A stretch of DNA of 30,225 bases from a virus (lineage: Duplodnaviria; Caudoviricetes): IMG/VR virus record IMGVR_UViG_3300005764_000057, positions 1 through 30,225 of that record; one strand, 5' to 3'. Numbering within the stretch: position 1 is the stretch's first letter; every line of letters begins with the position of its first letter. Positions 15,942 to 24,692 of this stretch are shown here, one piece after another. Made by a program: the position numbers and the translations under genes. The notes under the pieces were generated by a model. It was not told the DNA's origin. It was given only the letters and a program-made list of their open reading frames with translations, and made no database searches.

Positions 15942-16094
15942 ATGCCTTCGGTAGCCTTGCTGCTGTTGATTGTTGCCCTGCTGCTGTTCCTGCTGGCCGC
16001 CGCCGGGGTGCCCAGCCGCGTCAACCTGACGGCCCTGGGCCTGGCCATCTGGGTGCTGTCGCAGATTCTGAGTGTCTGGAAAACCATTCCATGA
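15942..16094 (+). CDS. Small two-TM membrane protein (50 aa, holin-like topology, not in the ORF track)
   Basis: AGGAG RBS. MPSVALLLLIVALLLFLLAAAGVPSRVNLTALGLAIWVLSQIL. ATGA overlap with the MTase gene. Confidence 0.7.
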   Translation: MPSVALLLLIVALLLFLLAAAGVPSRVNLTALGLAIWVLSQILSVWKTIP

Positions 16095-16714
16095 GAGTCC
16101 TTATCGGCTGTGAATCCTCCGGGGTGGTGCGGGAAGCCTTCCGGGCCCGTGGCCATGATGCCTACAGCTGTGATCTGCTGCCGGCTGATGATCGGTCGCC
16201 GTGGCACATCCAGGATGATGTGATAAGCGTGATCAATGGCGGCCGGATCTGGGACCTGGCCATCTTCCATCCGCCCTGCACCAGGCTGGCTAACAGCGGC
16301 GTACTGCGGCTGTATCTGGAAGGCAAGGCCAGGAACGGGGTGGATGAAACGAAATGGCAGGACATGGAACAGGCCGCCGCATTCTTCCTGACACTCTGGC
16401 GTGCTCCGATTGATAAGGTGGCAATTGAAAATCCGATTCTGCATGGCTATGCCATCCGCATTCTTGGCGTCCAGCCGCATCAGATCATCCAGCCCTATGA
16501 TTATGGCCACCCGGAAAGCAAAGCTACCTGTCTGTGGCTGAAGAATCTGCCACCGCTGTGGCCAACGAAGATTCTGCCACTGCCGTCCCGTGGTTACTGG
16601 GACAATCAGACGGCTTCCGGGCAGAACAGATTATCTCCGAGTCCGGATCGGTGGAAGAAGCGGGCCAGAACGTATGAAGGAATCGCAACTGCCATGGCGG
16701 AGCAATGGACATGA
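16091..16714 (+). CDS. Phage-type short DNA cytosine-C5 methyltransferase
   Basis: Start re-assigned to 16091. VLIGCESSG (motif I-like), FHPPC (catalytic PC), IENP, K.TCLW and AMAEQW. Confidence 0.8.
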   Translation: MRVLIGCESSGVVREAFRARGHDAYSCDLLPADDRSPWHIQDDVISVINGGRIWDLAIFHPPCTRLANSGVLRLYLEGKARNGVDETKWQDMEQAAAFFLTLWRAPIDKVAIENPILHGYAIRILGVQPHQIIQPYDYGHPESKATCLWLKNLPPLWPTKILPLPSRGYWDNQTASGQNRLSPSPDRWKKRARTYEGIATAMAEQWT

Positions 16715-18045
16715 CTACACAGGAACAGATTGCACTGTGCGATACCGCGATCCACGCCAATATGCTGCTCCGGGCATCACTCTCCGGCGTGCCACCGTCT
16801 GACGTCATCCACGTCAGGGCCGGGGAGTCCATCCAGGCGGCCATGGACTCAGCACCGGATGGAGCCACCATCAGTATCGAGCCGGCCACCTATGATGAAG
16901 CCCTGACCGTCAGGAAGTCCGTGCAGCTGACGGCGTCTACGCCACTGCGCCATGGCCGCGCCGGACGCAATGCCAGTGTCTGGCTGACCAGCCGCGCCGA
17001 AGCCACCATCCTGGTGACCGGGGCCGGTATCACCATCGCGGGACTTGGCATCACCAACCAGGAGCAGAGCTATGACGCCGTGGACATCTACGGGAGCCGC
17101 GTCCTGTTCGACCGGTGCAGCGTGGTCGGCAGCCCGGACCATGGGATGCGGCGCGGCTGGCTGACCCACGGAGACACCATCAAGATTACCGGGTGCCATG
17201 CCGATGATGTCTGGAACATGGGCCGTGATACCTGTGTGGTCGGCGGCTGGGAAGGTGGCAGCAACATCCTGGTGGATGATTGCTTCCTGTGCGGCGGAGC
17301 GGAAACCATTCTCTACGGCGGGGCCGATTGTTCCAGCCCTGAGAAGATTCCGCATCACATCACCATCACCCATAGCACACTCACCCATAACCCTGACTGG
17401 TATGCACGGGGTATCGACATCAAGACACCCTTTGAACTCAAATGCTGCCAACATGTCTACATGGCTGACTGCCTGCTGGAATGGGCTGGCGTGGCCGGCG
17501 GCCAGGGCGCGTATCTGCTGCTGCTGACGGTCCGCAACCAGGACGGAAATGCACGATGGGCCACCATCACTGATATCCTGATTGAACGATGCCATTTTCG
17601 CCACGGCGGCGGCGGAATCAATTTCCTTGGTTATGACGATACCTATGAATCCGGGCCACTGGCCAACGTCACCATCAATAATTGCGCCTTTACCGGCATG
17701 AATCCAGCCGGACCATGGTCCGAAGCCAGCGGCTATTACGGCTCTGGCCGCTGTACGATGTTTAACAATCAGGGCGAAGGCATCACCCTGGACGCCATCA
17801 CCATGGACGGTCAGAACATGGGAGCCTTGGCCAACTTCGCCAATACGCCCAAGCAGCCGATAGGCTTGATACTTCGCAACTGGAAATACTGCCAGACCGA
17901 ATACGGCTGGAAGATTGACGATGGCGGAATGGATGTTCCGCCGGCTCATACCAATATTTCCGCTCTGATGCCGGACATGATCTATGAAGTCACCGCCAAT
18001 GATCCCGGAGCCGTGGGTTATCCGGAAAGCGGACACCATCGTTAA
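16711..18045 (+). CDS. Right-handed parallel beta-helix (pectin-lyase-like) protein
   Basis: SIQAAMDSA.DG.TI.I.P.TY.E cap, followed by repeated NILVDDC / HITITHS / DILIERC / NVTINNC rungs. Confidence 0.8.
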   Translation: MTTQEQIALCDTAIHANMLLRASLSGVPPSDVIHVRAGESIQAAMDSAPDGATISIEPATYDEALTVRKSVQLTASTPLRHGRAGRNASVWLTSRAEATILVTGAGITIAGLGITNQEQSYDAVDIYGSRVLFDRCSVVGSPDHGMRRGWLTHGDTIKITGCHADDVWNMGRDTCVVGGWEGGSNILVDDCFLCGGAETILYGGADCSSPEKIPHHITITHSTLTHNPDWYARGIDIKTPFELKCCQHVYMADCLLEWAGVAGGQGAYLLLLTVRNQDGNARWATITDILIERCHFRHGGGGINFLGYDDTYESGPLANVTINNCAFTGMNPAGPWSEASGYYGSGRCTMFNNQGEGITLDAITMDGQNMGALANFANTPKQPIGLILRNWKYCQTEYGWKIDDGGMDVPPAHTNISALMPDMIYEVTANDPGAVGYPESGHHR

Positions 18046-18071
18046 AAATGCCCAGGCCTAAGAATGTCCGT

Positions 18072-18278
18072 ATGACTGGACGGATTAAGAAACTGATTCG
18101 GGACAAAGGTTTCGGCTTCATCCAGGCCGCTGATAGAACAGAACTGTTCTTCCATAGGAGCAACGTGGAAACCGGAGCCTGGGACGCGTTGATGGAAGGT
18201 ATGGAAGTCAGCTTTGTAGCAGTGGACAGCATGAAAGGGCCCCGGGCGGAACAGGTAATGGTAGCGGACGAATCATAG
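18072..18278 (+). CDS. Cold-shock domain protein
   Basis: KGFGFI (RNP1), LFFH (RNP2) and KGPRA. Alternative start at 18048. Confidence 0.92.
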   Translation: MTGRIKKLIRDKGFGFIQAADRTELFFHRSNVETGAWDALMEGMEVSFVAVDSMKGPRAEQVMVADES

Positions 18279-18289
18279 GCGGCGGAGTC

Positions 18290-19042
18290 ATGCGAAGCCG
18301 AATCTTGAAGCCGGGATTTTTCCAGAATGCGAAGCTGGCTGAGTTGCCGCCACGGGTCCGACTGCTCTATGCGGGACTCTGGCTTCTGGCGGACCGGGAA
18401 GGCCGTCTGAAGAATGCTCCGGGCGTTATTGCTGAGCAACTTTTTCCATTCGACGGGGATGGAAAATCATGCCGTCAATGGGTCCGCACGGCACTAAAAC
18501 TATGCCGTGAGGCCGGGTTTACGGCAGAATATGTTGGGGTTTACCCTGATGGAAAAAAAGTCAATGTGCTGTTTATTCCTGCCTTTCTGAAACACCAGAA
18601 ACCACATCCACGCGAAGCCGCAAGCCGTTTACCGGGGCCACCTTCGGAGCTTTTGAACGTCGATATCTGGGACGAAAAACTGACCCCAAAAGGTCCGCCT
18701 GAAGGTCCGGCAGAATTGTCACAAAAGGCCAACCTTCAGCCCGTCTTATTTCTTAATTCTTATCTTCCAGATCCTTCGGATCTGGATAGAGCACCGGCCG
18801 CTTCGCGTCCGGCCATTTTTCCGAATGCCAAAAAACACAAAAACCCGGACGGGAATCCGGCGGAGAATCTCCCGGTGATTGTCAAAATCGTACACATGTA
18901 TCTGGACTATGGCACCGCCACGTCAGATTTGCCGGAAGCCGTCAAATGCTTTTGTGCGGTCAGTCACATTGCCTATGATTCCGAAATAGTCGGGAAGGCT
19001 GTTGATGTCGCGTTAATCCAACGTGACAAGGTTGGCGTATGA
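18290..19042 (+). CDS. Phage replication initiator (O-like N-terminal wHTH)
   Basis: RSRILKPGFF...L....RLLY.GLW..ADREGR and FLKHQK. GGAG RBS. Confidence 0.8.
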   Translation: MRSRILKPGFFQNAKLAELPPRVRLLYAGLWLLADREGRLKNAPGVIAEQLFPFDGDGKSCRQWVRTALKLCREAGFTAEYVGVYPDGKKVNVLFIPAFLKHQKPHPREAASRLPGPPSELLNVDIWDEKLTPKGPPEGPAELSQKANLQPVLFLNSYLPDPSDLDRAPAASRPAIFPNAKKHKNPDGNPAENLPVIVKIVHMYLDYGTATSDLPEAVKCFCAVSHIAYDSEIVGKAVDVALIQRDKVGV

Positions 19043-19575
19043 CTCCAGCGTTATACCAGTTTCACGTTCCCGGGCTGCCACGTCCTAAAGGCTCAATCAG
19101 GTTCGTGCCGGTCATATCCCGGTTTCCCACCGTGGTGCAGTCCGCGAAGGACTTGCAACGGTGCGGCCGGCTGACCAGCACCACGGATGGACTCCAGGAC
19201 TGGCAACGGGCAATCAGCTGGGCGGCCTTCGCGGCTCGCGGAAACCTGCAGCCGTCGCAACTGTGCGGCTATGACTTGTCGGTGATTTTCAAACTGCCGA
19301 AGCCGAAGCGATTACGCTTCGCCAAGCCTATCGTGCGGCCGGATCTGGACAAGCTACTCCGTGCGGTGTGCGATGCGTTAACCGGTGTGCTATGGCATGA
19401 CGACAGCCAGGTATTGTTGCTCTCAGCGGAAAAAGTCTATGTGGACAATGTGGCCAATATCGGTGCTCTTATCACGGTAACCCAGGTCGCCACCGAAGCA
19501 ACTTTCCGCAAACTGGCCCAGCCGCCACGGCGGCCCAGACAAACAGCTTTACCGCTGATAGATTCCGGAGCATAA
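19039..19575 (+). CDS. rusA: RusA-family Holliday junction resolvase
   Basis: VPGLPRPKGS and RPDLDKL.RAV.DAL.G..WHDDSQV. Confidence 0.9.
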   Translation: MTPALYQFHVPGLPRPKGSIRFVPVISRFPTVVQSAKDLQRCGRLTSTTDGLQDWQRAISWAAFAARGNLQPSQLCGYDLSVIFKLPKPKRLRFAKPIVRPDLDKLLRAVCDALTGVLWHDDSQVLLLSAEKVYVDNVANIGALITVTQVATEATFRKLAQPPRRPRQTALPLIDSGA

Positions 19576-19580
19576 AAGCC

Positions 19581-19874
19581 ATGCTAACTGCCAAAGAACT
19601 CATGGAGAAGTTTCCACGGCTCAGGGCCGCGTTAAGTGCTCCGCCGCATGAGGGTGAATGTCTGATGGTCTATTTCCCCGGTGCGGAACCAGTTGGCCTG
19701 ATGATTCCAATCACCGTGGTGGTTGATACCACCATCCAGCTGCTGGACTTCATCCATCCGGAAGATATCCGGGACGCTAACCTTGAGAAGGCTAGTCTGG
19801 CAATGGCGTTACGCCAGGCTGCGGACACACTGGAAAACTCCATGGCCCCGGTGTCACAGGTCCGGGCGCATTAA
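19581..19874 (+). CDS. Hypothetical protein
   Basis: GGAG RBS, in operon. Confidence 0.65.
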   Translation: MLTAKELMEKFPRLRAALSAPPHEGECLMVYFPGAEPVGLMIPITVVVDTTIQLLDFIHPEDIRDANLEKASLAMALRQAADTLENSMAPVSQVRAH

Positions 19875-19885
19875 CCGGGGGCCCT

Positions 19886-20215
19886 ATGCCGGACTCCGCG
19901 CCAAAAGTCTGTCCCGTGTGCCGGGGGCTATCATGCGGGGGCCATCCCTCCAAACGCTGGGGATTAGATAACTCCGATGGTCGTATCGGGGGGGGAAGAC
20001 GTGGCGCCCTGCGGAAAAAGCTCCTGAAACAATTTCCCTGGTGTGTGGAATGCCGGAAGTCCAATCGCTGGGTATTAGCCGTGATTCGTGACCATATCGT
20101 TCCACTGGCGGAAGGTGGCACCGAAGACCCGAGTAACACGCAAGGTTTGTGTCTGTCCTGTCATACCTTGAAGACTCGGGCGGAGACCAGGCGTGGACAA
20201 TGGCGAAGTAGATAA
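19886..20215 (+). CDS. HNH endonuclease (terminase-associated, HK97 gp74-like)
   Basis: CVEC...DHIVPLAEGG....N.Q.LC..CH..KT, located upstream of terS. Confidence 0.9.
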   Translation: MPDSAPKVCPVCRGLSCGGHPSKRWGLDNSDGRIGGGRRGALRKKLLKQFPWCVECRKSNRWVLAVIRDHIVPLAEGGTEDPSNTQGLCLSCHTLKTRAETRRGQWRSR

Positions 20216-20339
20216 GCAGGCAAAACATGCGGAATTCCTCAGCAAATGCGCCGAATCCGTTCAGTGCGATGAAGCATCGTGATAGACTCAAACTGCTTTA
20301 CGTGCCAAAGCCCAATGTGCCTAAGTTGGGCCGCGTCAC

Positions 20340-20460
20340 TCACTTGCGGCCTGGGGGATAGGCGAAAGAAAAGTGAACGTTACGTCGCGGCGGCCGTTCC
20401 GGAGGCTTCCGGGGTTCGATTAGCTTTCCGTTCGCCCGATTTTGCGCGGGAAAATAGTGG
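20340..20460. other. Probable cos region
   Basis: Non-coding gap between HNH and terS, where cos lies in HK97-like phages. Exact site not identified. Confidence 0.35.
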
Positions 20461-20497
20461 ATTCTGATTCAGCAAGGGCATCACAGAGGTATTGCTG

Positions 20498-20947
20498 GTG
20501 GGTAACAAGAACTCCGGTGGCCGGTCCCACCCGGGTGTGTTCCGGGCCATCACAGGAAGAGCACCACAAAAGCTGAAGACCCAGCTGCATCTGGCTCCGA
20601 TGTTCGCGGAAGCCGGCCAGGACTTTGACATTCCGCCTGAGGAAGTTAAGGGCAACCCGGACGCTGTGGCGGAATGGAACCGGATATTACCAATCATGCG
20701 GGACGCCGGAGCGTTAACAGAAGCGGAGCGGCCGGCGTTAATTGCCGCATGTCTGGAATGGGCCCGGTATCTGGAAGCACATCGGGCGGCGGATTCTTTA
20801 AACGCCGAAGCTATGCAATTGGAGCATAACGCTTTGAAGCTGTGCAAGCAGCTATGGATAGAACTCGGCATGACGCCACGGAGCCGGAGCCGGATCCAGC
20901 CGGCCTTACAGCAAGCGAAGGAAGCGGTGGCGAAATGGGCCGTCTGA
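20498..20947 (+). CDS. terS: Terminase small subunit (P27-family-like)
   Basis: GTG start with GAGGT RBS. AVAEWNRI...L..AC...ELGMTPRSRSRI. Confidence 0.88.
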   Translation: MGNKNSGGRSHPGVFRAITGRAPQKLKTQLHLAPMFAEAGQDFDIPPEEVKGNPDAVAEWNRILPIMRDAGALTEAERPALIAACLEWARYLEAHRAADSLNAEAMQLEHNALKLCKQLWIELGMTPRSRSRIQPALQQAKEAVAKWAV

Positions 20948-20975
20948 AAGGAGCCGCACCCGTCGCGAAGGGTGC

Positions 20976-22517
20976 GTGAAGCGGGAATCGCACGCCAGCC
21001 GGAAGGTCCGCTACATCAACCAGCTGACGCATACCAAAGGTCCGTCCGCCGGGGAACTGTTCAAGCTGCGGCCCTGGCAGGAAAAAGAGATTATCCGGCC
21101 GCTGTTTAAGACACTCAATGGGCGGAGAGTCTACCGGACCTGTTTACTGATGATGCCCCGTAAGAACGGCAAGTCCGAGTTAGCGGCAGCTCTGGCCATA
21201 GACGGGTTACTGCTGGACGGAGAACAGGGCGCAGAGGTTTACTCGGCGGCGGCGGAACGGGACCAGGCCGCCCTGGTATTCAACGTGGCGGCCCAGATGA
21301 TCCGGAACGATCCGGAACTCTACGCCATGTGCGAGATATCCGATTCCTTAAAGCGGATTGTCCATAAGAAGACCGGGAGTATCTACCGGGCGATTAGCGC
21401 CGAAGCGCATAGTAAACACGGTTTCAACGCCAGCCGGGTGATTTACGACGAATTGCATGCGGCCCCGTCGCGTGATTTGTGGGACGTGCTGACATCCAGC
21501 ACCGGGGCCCGGGACCAGCCACTGGTGATTGCCATTTCCACCGCCGGCTATGACCGGAAGTCCATCTTGTATGAGCTATACATACACGCCAAGAAGGTTA
21601 AGGAGACACCGGAACTGGATCCGTCATTCCTTCCGATTCTGTATGAAGCCGGTGAGAAGGACGATTGGACGGACGAAGCGGTATGGCATAAGGCTAATCC
21701 GGCTCTTGGTGATTTTCGCAGTCTGGAGGAAATGCGGGTGGCCTTTCACCGGGCCCGGGCCATCCCCGCCCAGGAAAACACGTTTCGGCGGCTTTACCTT
21801 AATCAATGGACGGAACAGATCACCCGCTGGATATCGGTGGACAGCTGGGACCAGTGCAAGGCGGAGTTCATAGGCTGGGAAGCGTTCCGGGGCCGCCGCT
21901 GTTATGTCGGGATGGACTTATCGTCAACCAAGGATCTGACCGCGATTGTCGCGGTGTTTCCGGACATGGACGGTGGCTTTGACGTGCTGCCGCATTTTTT
22001 CTGTCCGTATGACCGGTTACGGGAACGCGGGTTGAAAGATCGTGTGCCGTATGAGGAATGGCAGCGGAGAGGGTATCTGCAGGCCACGCCGGGAAACTCC
22101 GTTGATTACGAAGCGGTGCGGGTGAAGCTGAATCAGTGGCATAAGCAGTATCAAATCAGGTCCATAGCGTTCGATCCGTGGAACGCGGTGGACCTGGTGA
22201 CGCGGCTGCGCGAACAGGACGGCTTACCGTGTGTGCAGCTGGGCCAGGGCTTTGCGGCATTGTCGGCACCAACCAAGAGTCTGGAACGGGCGATTCTGAA
22301 TCGCCAGTTACGTCATGACGGACATCCGGTTTTACGGTGGAACATCCAGAACATTTCCACGGAATCGGACGCCAACGGCAATATCAGAATCTCCAAGAGG
22401 GTCTCTACCGAACGGATTGACGGGGCCGCCGCGCTAATCATGGCGGTGGAACGGATGGACGCCGAGCAGGGGCAGAAACAACCCAGTTATCAAATCATCG
22501 TGCTATCAGGAGCCTAG
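20976..22517 (+). CDS. terL: Terminase large subunit
   Basis: LRPWQ, Walker A PRKNGKS, Walker B IYDELH, ISTAG, GMDLS and RIDG. Confidence 0.97.
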   Translation: MKRESHASRKVRYINQLTHTKGPSAGELFKLRPWQEKEIIRPLFKTLNGRRVYRTCLLMMPRKNGKSELAAALAIDGLLLDGEQGAEVYSAAAERDQAALVFNVAAQMIRNDPELYAMCEISDSLKRIVHKKTGSIYRAISAEAHSKHGFNASRVIYDELHAAPSRDLWDVLTSSTGARDQPLVIAISTAGYDRKSILYELYIHAKKVKETPELDPSFLPILYEAGEKDDWTDEAVWHKANPALGDFRSLEEMRVAFHRARAIPAQENTFRRLYLNQWTEQITRWISVDSWDQCKAEFIGWEAFRGRRCYVGMDLSSTKDLTAIVAVFPDMDGGFDVLPHFFCPYDRLRERGLKDRVPYEEWQRRGYLQATPGNSVDYEAVRVKLNQWHKQYQIRSIAFDPWNAVDLVTRLREQDGLPCVQLGQGFAALSAPTKSLERAILNRQLRHDGHPVLRWNIQNISTESDANGNIRISKRVSTERIDGAAALIMAVERMDAEQGQKQPSYQIIVLSGA

Positions 22518-22519
22518 CC

Positions 22520-22696
22520 ATGGACGAAACCCAGAAACCCAAGGGCCAACGTACCACGGAACGTATGGCCCCGATAATGACCCACTTAGAGCTACGGGAC
22601 CATGTCAAGATTCTGGAGTTAGCCAAGAAATATGACCGGACCGTTTCATCCGTGGTGCGGGTGTTGTTGAAGCGGAGTCTGCGGAACGAAGAATGA
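22520..22696 (+). CDS. Small ribbon-helix-helix protein (58 aa, not in the ORF track)
   Basis: AGGAG RBS. APIMTHLELRDHVKILELAKKYDRTVSSVVRVLLKRSL fits an RHH beta-alpha-alpha pattern. Confidence 0.7.
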   Translation: MDETQKPKGQRTTERMAPIMTHLELRDHVKILELAKKYDRTVSSVVRVLLKRSLRNEE

Positions 22697-22698
22697 AA

Positions 22699-22748
22699 AG
22701 TTCCCGGAGTTCCCGGAGTTCCCGGAGTTCCCGGAGTTCCCAAAGTTT
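22699..22748. repeat. 9-bp tandem array (AGTTCCCGG)x4 + AGTTCCCAA + AGTTT
   Basis: Directly visible, intergenic between the RHH gene and the protease-capsid gene. Confidence 0.95.
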
Positions 22749-22802
22749 GAAAAAAATGTTTTCACACACTACCCGGGGCCCGGCCGTATGCTCACTGGCC
22801 AA

Positions 22803-24689
22803 ATGGTCCACCGGGCGTATTCGGTCCTGATTGTCAAGTCCTTCGAAGAATCCGAACGCATCATCGAAGGAATCGCCACCACGCCAGCCATAGACCGGGC
22901 CGGGGATATTCTGGAACCGGACGGGGCCGAATTCAGCCTGCCCATCCCGCTGCTGTGGCAGCATGACCACCGCCAGCCCATCGGGGAAGTGACTCACGCC
23001 AAGGTGACGCCGGATGGAATTCAGATCCGGGCGAAGCTGGCGCGGGTGGATACGCCCGGGGCCCTGCAGTCCAGGTTGGATGAAGCCTACCAGTCGGTCA
23101 AGGCCGGACTGGTGCGCGGATTGTCGGTTGGTCTGAAGCCGCTGGAAGTCAAACCCATCAAGGGCGGCTACGGACTGCAAATCCTCAGATGGCTCTGGGC
23201 GGAGTTAAGCGCGGTGACGATTCCGCAGAACATCCAGGCCACCATCCACAGTGTCAAATCGGCCGATATTGGCCTTTACCCGGCCCTTACTGGGCCTGTA
23301 TCCCTGCACTACGAAGGTCCACCCATGACCATCAGCGAACAGGTCAAAGCATGTGAGAACACCCGGGCCGCCAAAGTGGCCCGTATGACGGAGCTTCTCA
23401 CTAAGGCCGGTGATAACAATCAAACCTTGGAAGGCACCACTGAAGCCACCGAATACGATTCCCTCTCGGACCAGGTCAAAGGCTTGGATAAGGATCTGGT
23501 GCGGCTGCATGGCCTGGAAGAGATCAACAAAGCCGCAGCAGTCACCGTGGTTCCGGTGACAACGTCCAGAGCCGCCGGAGAACTCCGGGCCGGTAATCCG
23601 ATTACCGTCAAATCAAACCTGCCACCGGGCACGGCATTCGTTCGTTACTGCCAGGCCAAAGCGTTTGGCCGTGGCGATTCCATGCGGGAACTGGCGTTCG
23701 CGCAGCAATGGAAGGATTCCACGCCGGAAGTGGAACTGATGCTGAAGCCGGAAACAGAACTGCTGGTCAAAGCCGCCGTAGCGGCCGGCACCACCAGCGA
23801 TGCCGTATGGGCCGGGCCGCTGGCCCCGATCAAACCGCTGGCCGATGAATTCCTGGCGTTACTGCGGCCGGCCACCATCCTGGGGAAGATTCCAAATTTT
23901 AAACGAGTCCCGTTCAACATCAGTGTGCCGATTCAAACCGGGGGCGGGACGTATAAATGGGTGGCGCAGAACGTCCCCAAGCCGGTAGGTTCGCTGGCTT
24001 TCAATACCTTGACGCTGGGCATTACCAAATGTGCCGGCATTATCGTTATTACGGACGAATTGGCGAAGAATTCCAGTCCATCGGCGGAAGCGGTGATCCG
24101 TGCCGACATGATTGCTGGTATCGCGGCCTTCCTGGACGTGGAATTTACCGATCCGTCCAAAGCCCCGGCTACCGGCGTTCCTGGTTCGATTACCAACGGC
24201 GTTACGCCCATCACCACCGCTGGCACCACGCCGGCCAATGCACGAACCGACATCCAGGCGCTTATCAACGCCATGACAGCCACCGGGATCAGCACCGTTG
24301 GCGCAGCCTTGATCATGTCGGAGACAAACGCGGCGGCCCTTGGTTCAGCCTTGAACGCGCTTGGCCAGCCGCTGTTCGGTGATTTGACGGTTAGTGGTGG
24401 CACTGCGATGGGGATTAAGGTCTTCCCGTCGCAGTCGGCCGGGAACAACGTGATTCTGGTGCAGCCGTCAACGGTGCTGTATGCGGATGACGGTGGAGTC
24501 ACCATCGACGTATCGACGGAAGCCAGTGTGCAAATGGATAATGCGCCGATGTCACCGCCGGATGCCACGGTAGTGATGACTTCGCTGTGGCAGAACAATC
24601 TAGTCGGACTAAGGGCAGAAAGATATATCAACTGGAAACGCGGCCGAACCGGTGGCGTGCAATACACCGTGGCCACTTACTCGGCTTAA
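22803..24689 (+). CDS. Fused HK97-type prohead protease + major capsid protein
   Basis: HRAYS, IEGIATT, LLWQHDH..PIG, GLSVG and ELSAVTIP (protease), then a coiled-coil delta domain and HK97 capsid motifs (WVAQ..PKP, SLWQNNLVGLRAERYINW). Alternative start at 22788. Confidence 0.93.
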   Translation: MVHRAYSVLIVKSFEESERIIEGIATTPAIDRAGDILEPDGAEFSLPIPLLWQHDHRQPIGEVTHAKVTPDGIQIRAKLARVDTPGALQSRLDEAYQSVKAGLVRGLSVGLKPLEVKPIKGGYGLQILRWLWAELSAVTIPQNIQATIHSVKSADIGLYPALTGPVSLHYEGPPMTISEQVKACENTRAAKVARMTELLTKAGDNNQTLEGTTEATEYDSLSDQVKGLDKDLVRLHGLEEINKAAAVTVVPVTTSRAAGELRAGNPITVKSNLPPGTAFVRYCQAKAFGRGDSMRELAFAQQWKDSTPEVELMLKPETELLVKAAVAAGTTSDAVWAGPLAPIKPLADEFLALLRPATILGKIPNFKRVPFNISVPIQTGGGTYKWVAQNVPKPVGSLAFNTLTLGITKCAGIIVITDELAKNSSPSAEAVIRADMIAGIAAFLDVEFTDPSKAPATGVPGSITNGVTPITTAGTTPANARTDIQALINAMTATGISTVGAALIMSETNAAALGSALNALGQPLFGDLTVSGGTAMGIKVFPSQSAGNNVILVQPSTVLYADDGGVTIDVSTEASVQMDNAPMSPPDATVVMTSLWQNNLVGLRAERYINWKRGRTGGVQYTVATYSA

Positions 24690-24692
24690 GCC

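Noticed and set aside
15875-16090. N-terminal extension of the methyltransferase given in the ORF track
   Set aside because: It overlaps two better small membrane ORFs. MTase motif I begins at ATG 16091, which has an ATGA overlap.
16091-16714. Restriction-modification system
   Set aside because: No cognate endonuclease nearby. The HNH gene is terminase-associated, and an orphan phage MTase is ordinary.
20194-20467. Small ORFs between HNH and terS
   Set aside because: Short, without motifs or convincing RBS. The region is more likely packaging-signal DNA.
22699-22748. CRISPR array
   Set aside because: The 9-bp units have no spacers and there are no cas genes. It is a simple tandem repeat.
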